From positions 73,594 through 137,593 of the forward strand of contig JBGFRI010000035.1 of NCBI GenBank assembly GCA_041695225.1: 64,000 nt of DNA, read 5' to 3'. Positions within the stretch are counted from its first letter, which is position 1; each line of letters starts with the position of its first letter. The notes under the pieces are model-generated. The model did no database searches. It saw only the letters and a program-made list of their open reading frames with translations, and was not told where the DNA came from. This DNA comes from Deinococcota bacterium (GTDB lineage: Bacteria; Deinococcota; Deinococci; Deinococcales; Thermaceae). The translations under genes were made by a program, and so were the position numbers. This document shows positions 60,385 to 64,000 of this stretch, one piece after another.

Positions 60385-61457
60385 ACCGGCACCACAAAAC
60401 TGATGCGGGTGCCTTTGCCGGAGGTGCTTTCCACATTCAGACTGCCGCCCAGTTGCTCGATCCGTTCGCGCATCCCCACCATCCCGACGGAAGCCGGAAC
60501 CTTCAGGGGGTCAAAACCCAGCCCGTCGTCGGCCACCTGGCCTCGCACACGCCTGTCCCAGGCTGTGAGGCCTACATAGACCTTGCGGGCCTGGGCATGA
60601 CGGGCTACATTGGTCAGGGCTTCCTGAATCACCCGGAAAAGCGCAATCTGCTGGCTTTCCCGCAGGTTGGGGCACTCGATCTCGGCCTGAACCTTGATGC
60701 CGGTGCGGAGCCGGTACTCCTGCAAGTAACGTTCCAGGGCCTTGGCCAGCCCCAGGTCGTCGAGCACTGCCGGACGTAGATCTCTCGACAGACGCCGCAC
60801 TTCCTCCAGCGCCTGCACCACCGCTTTGCGGGCCTCGCTTAGATACTCGGGGCGCTTCTCGGCAATCTGTAGTGCCAGCAAGGCCCCGGTAAGATGACTC
60901 CCTACCTCATCGTGGAGTTCCCGCCCTACCCGGCGACGCTCCTCCTCCTGAGCAAAGAGCAGCTGGTGCATCAGGGTGCTGCGCTGGGCCTCCCGACGGG
61001 AGAGCCGGTCTACCTCGCTGGCATGTTTGAGACCCATGGCAACCAGAGAGGCGCCAAGGTTCAAAAAAGCTTCCTCCGAAGGGGCAGCCTCCAGAGGCAT
61101 GCTTAGCACGTAGATTCCGCGTAGCTGCCCAGCAGCCAGCAACGGAACGGCTACCAGGCGCTGGTTCCAAATCAGTTGCTGGGTGTCCTGCGCCAGCTGC
61201 GCTAGCTCTATGGACTTCCTGTCGTGAGCACACCCGATATGGCAGTTCTGCAAAATCTCCAGCTCGAGCCGCCCCTGTCGCACACTATAGGCCTCGCCAC
61301 AGCGTGCTGTCAGATTCTCCATCAAGACCTCGAGGCCTCTGCGTATAAGCACCGTCCCGTCTGTGCTGGAAGCCGCCATACTGGCCAGCTCAGCCAACGA
61401 GTAGCACCACTGCTGCGCCGCTTCTTTCATAATTCCTAGCTTAGGCTTCCTGGCCAT
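60381..61457 (-). CDS. soluble HisKA_3 sensor histidine kinase with GAF-like Cys-containing input domain
   Basis: EERRR..RELHDEVG, QEALTNV.RHA, DDG.GF and G..GMRER; no clear TM segment; start uncertain. Confidence 0.88.
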   Translation of the reverse strand: MARKPKLGIMKEAAQQWCYSLAELASMAASSTDGTVLIRRGLEVLMENLTARCGEAYSVRQGRLELEILQNCHIGCAHDRKSIELAQLAQDTQQLIWNQRLVAVPLLAAGQLRGIYVLSMPLEAAPSEEAFLNLGASLVAMGLKHASEVDRLSRREAQRSTLMHQLLFAQEEERRRVGRELHDEVGSHLTGALLALQIAEKRPEYLSEARKAVVQALEEVRRLSRDLRPAVLDDLGLAKALERYLQEYRLRTGIKVQAEIECPNLRESQQIALFRVIQEALTNVARHAQARKVYVGLTAWDRRVRGQVADDGLGFDPLKVPASVGMVGMRERIEQLGGSLNVESTSGKGTRISFVVPV

Positions 61458-61504
61458 AACGTTTGTCCCTTTTCTCCCAAACAAACCAGCGACCAGGCGA
61501 TTGG

Positions 61505-61972
61505 TTAAACCGGCAACTCGGTAGTACTCTTAACCTGCCGCAAAACTGCCGAAGAGATGACCGTGCTCAAACCCGGTATGGCCGTAAGGTGATCCAGCAA
61601 AAATTTCTGAAAGTCGTTCAGGTCGGCCACCATAATTTTGAGCAGGAAATCGTCCTCACCCATCACCACATGGCACTCGGTCACCTCGGGGTATTTGAGG
61701 ACTTCCTGCTCGAAGCGCTCCACATCGGCGCGGCTCTTGTGGTCGAGCTTGACCCGCACAAACACGCACAGACTGCGGCCAATCCTGTCCCTGTCCAGCA
61801 GCGCCACATAGCCGCGAATGACCCCCAGTTCTTCCATCCGCTTGACCCGCCGCAGGCAGGTAGAAGGGGAGAGGTTGACCAGCTCGGCCAGCTCGTTGTT
61901 GGGGATATTCGCCCGGCCCTGCAGGATGTTCAGAATTTTACGGTCTTTCTTGTCCAGCTCGACAGATGCCAT
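61505..61972 (-). CDS. Lrp/AsnC family regulator
   Basis: LD..D.KIL..LQ, LA..V.LS...C.RRV, G.I.GY and G..DF.L. Confidence 0.93.
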   Translation of the reverse strand: MASVELDKKDRKILNILQGRANIPNNELAELVNLSPSTCLRRVKRMEELGVIRGYVALLDRDRIGRSLCVFVRVKLDHKSRADVERFEQEVLKYPEVTECHVVMGEDDFLLKIMVADLNDFQKFLLDHLTAIPGLSTVISSAVLRQVKSTTELPV

Positions 61973-62106
61973 AGGATTGCACTATTTTATCAGTTTATGA
62001 CCTCAGATTGCTTCATTAGAAATTTGGGCGGGCGTTATTGCACACGCCTGCCAGGGCTGGGGTGTTATCTTGAAATCAAGCAACAATCTGGCCCCAGAGG
62101 TAGCGT

Positions 62107-63291
62107 ATGAAACTTAGAACCCGCGCAGTGCATGCTGGACACCACCCCGACGCCCAGACCGGAGCCCATGTGGTGCCGATCTATAGCACCTCCACTTTTG
62201 CTTATGGTTCCTTTGCCAGAGGGGAGCGGCTGTTTGCCGGTGAGGAGCCTGGCTACATCTACGGGCGCATTGGCAACCCCACCGTGCGGGCCTTTGAGGA
62301 AAAGCTGGTCAGCCTGGAAGGGGCCCAGGAAGCGGTGGCTTTTGCCAGCGGGATGGCCGCCATCAGCGCCCTCTGCAACACCCTGCTGGCCCCCGGCGAC
62401 GAGATTGTGTACCTGGCCCCGCTCTACGGCGGAACCGAGGGATATTTTCTGGAAACCCTGACCAGGTTTGGCGTACGTGTGACCGATGCCGGGAGCGTGG
62501 AGAACCTGCCCAGCATACTTTCTCCGGCCACCAAACTGATCTATTTTGAGACCCCCACCAACCCCACCTTGCGCATCTACGACCTGGCGGCGGTGGCCAA
62601 AATTGCGCGGGCTCGAGGTGTCTTAACCGTGGTGGACAACACCTTCGCCACTCCCTATCTGACCCGCCCTCTGGAGCACGGCATTGATGTGGTGCTGCAC
62701 TCCGCTACCAAATACATTGGTGGGCATGGCGACTGTCTGGCGGGGGTTCTGGCAGGGCCTAAGGAGCTGATGGATGCTGTGCGAGCCGAGGGACTGCGGC
62801 ATATCGGCGGAACCCTGGGCGCATTTGAGGGCTATCTGATGCTGCGGGGCCTCAAGACGCTGCCCTTACGCATGGAGGCCCACTGCGCGGGCGCGGCAAA
62901 GGTGGCGGAGTATCTGGCCAGGCACCCCGCCGTTCAGCGCGTACACTACCCCGGTCTGCCCTCCCACCCTGGCCACGAGGTAGCCAGGCGGCAGATGCAG
63001 GGCTTTGGTGGGCTGGTCTCTGTTGAGCTGGAATCGAAACAGGCCGCCGCAGTATTTCTCGATGGACTGAAGCTTTTCACGCAGGCGGTCAGCCTGGGTG
63101 ATGTAGAATCACTGGCCACCCACCCGGCCTCTACCACCCACCAGCTGCTGCCATCCGAAATCCGCGAGCTTCACGGCGTGACCGATACCCTGGTGCGGCT
63201 GTCGGTGGGCATCGAAGACCCCGAAGATCTGATTGCCGACTTAGAACAAGCACTCAACCAGATGAGTCTGGTAAGGGTGGCCTCGAGGTAG
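62107..63291 (+). CDS. Cys/Met PLP lyase, methionine gamma-lyase-like
   Basis: Y.Y.R.GNPT, ASGM.A, ETP.NP, DNTF, SATKYIGGHGD and AVSLGD.ESL..HPAS.TH; divergent from the Lrp regulator. Confidence 0.85.
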   Translation: MKLRTRAVHAGHHPDAQTGAHVVPIYSTSTFAYGSFARGERLFAGEEPGYIYGRIGNPTVRAFEEKLVSLEGAQEAVAFASGMAAISALCNTLLAPGDEIVYLAPLYGGTEGYFLETLTRFGVRVTDAGSVENLPSILSPATKLIYFETPTNPTLRIYDLAAVAKIARARGVLTVVDNTFATPYLTRPLEHGIDVVLHSATKYIGGHGDCLAGVLAGPKELMDAVRAEGLRHIGGTLGAFEGYLMLRGLKTLPLRMEAHCAGAAKVAEYLARHPAVQRVHYPGLPSHPGHEVARRQMQGFGGLVSVELESKQAAAVFLDGLKLFTQAVSLGDVESLATHPASTTHQLLPSEIRELHGVTDTLVRLSVGIEDPEDLIADLEQALNQMSLVRVASR

Positions 63292-63824
63292 CCCCCGCTA
63301 ACTCGTGCATCTGTCCTCGAGTCGTTGCACCGGGAAGCGAGCGGTTCGTGAGGCCAGAACTCGGGTGAAGCGCAGTGCTTCAGAGCGCCCTGCACGCGCC
63401 TTCACCTCGAGGCGCAGGTTTGCCGAGCGCATCCAGTTTCCCGGTGCCCATTCTTTGTCATTATGGTTGAGACACTACCCCCTAGAACTTAATGTCGAAG
63501 GAAAACCCTTCTTCATGGTGGAAAAGCGAGGGACATGCTGTAATTTTCGGCAACCGCTGGTTGTTTGGCATACCCTTTGCTGTGGAACTCACCGTTACCT
63601 ACAATTTAGGTACAATGAGCGGTCTAAGTTGTGCAGTCCATGGTGAGATGGCTGCAACAGTTTTACTAACCTAGTTTAGAGGGGGAGGAATTGCATGAAC
63701 TATCTTCTGGGCATTTCGGATTCAGGCGCTGTGGTCGGTCCTCCTTGCAGGAGTAATGTGCCGCAAGGGCGGTTTGAGCAGCATTTAGCCTGCTTTGTTT
63801 GCTTACTCTAAGATGCGGGGCGGT

Positions 63825-63880
63825 ATGGAGCAGAAGTCTGAATACACCATCCTGGACAATCTTCTTGAAGGTTGTCAGAT
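63825..63880 (+). pseudogene. 5' fragment of a PAS-domain gene interrupted by IS3
   Basis: MEQKSEYTILDNLLEGCQI resembles a PAS start and is cut exactly at the IS inverted repeat. Confidence 0.55.
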
Positions 63881-64000
63881 TGTAGTGCGCCCCTATTTTG
63901 AGACCACCAATGGTTCAATCTTAGTCACCTCCTGTTGGTTTTTCCAGTACGCTTCAAACTCAGCCGGGGTGAGATAGCCCAGCGAGGAGTGGATGCGCTT
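63881..64000 (-). mobile_element. IS3-family element right end, continuing beyond the window
   Basis: IR TGTAGTGCGCCCCTATTTTGAGACCA; minus-strand KRIHSSLGYLTPAEFEAYWKNQQEVT* (stop 63921) is a typical IS3 OrfB C-terminus. Confidence 0.9.

Overview
GC-rich bacterial chromosome segment. Gene content and style point to Thermaceae, most likely Meiothermus (inference: gdhA/gdhB pair, PsrABC, small GidA, many leaderless promoters, heptamer intergenic repeats). Most of the window is housekeeping: two glutamine synthetases (type I and III), GDH, Sua5, RlmI-like MTase, CtpA, FtsE, HPF, PFK, UppS, DeoB, SpeA, MutY, Dcd, HisZ and one tRNA-Ile2(CAU). There are decayed mobile traces: two IS3 pieces and an integrase C-terminus beside the tRNA. 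Highlights: (1) a full-length DdrC homolog with two RDRM (DdrO-box)-like sites, convergent on a 4xDinB+DUF1905 operon; (2) a sulfur module (Cys-rich soluble kinase, NarL-type regulator, exported rhodanese, torD-psrABC, next to Lrp and a methionine gamma-lyase-like gene) in which two promoters share an identically placed 41-bp double-palindrome box; (3) dispersed composite 7-nt repeats, with one similar tract inside a coding sequence; (4) strong over-representation of CTCGAG in all reading frames; (5) structured 5' leaders on hpf, glnN and speA, and an orphan 121-nt hairpin. No CRISPR array or rRNA was seen. All homology calls are by eye from remembered motifs; no searches were run.
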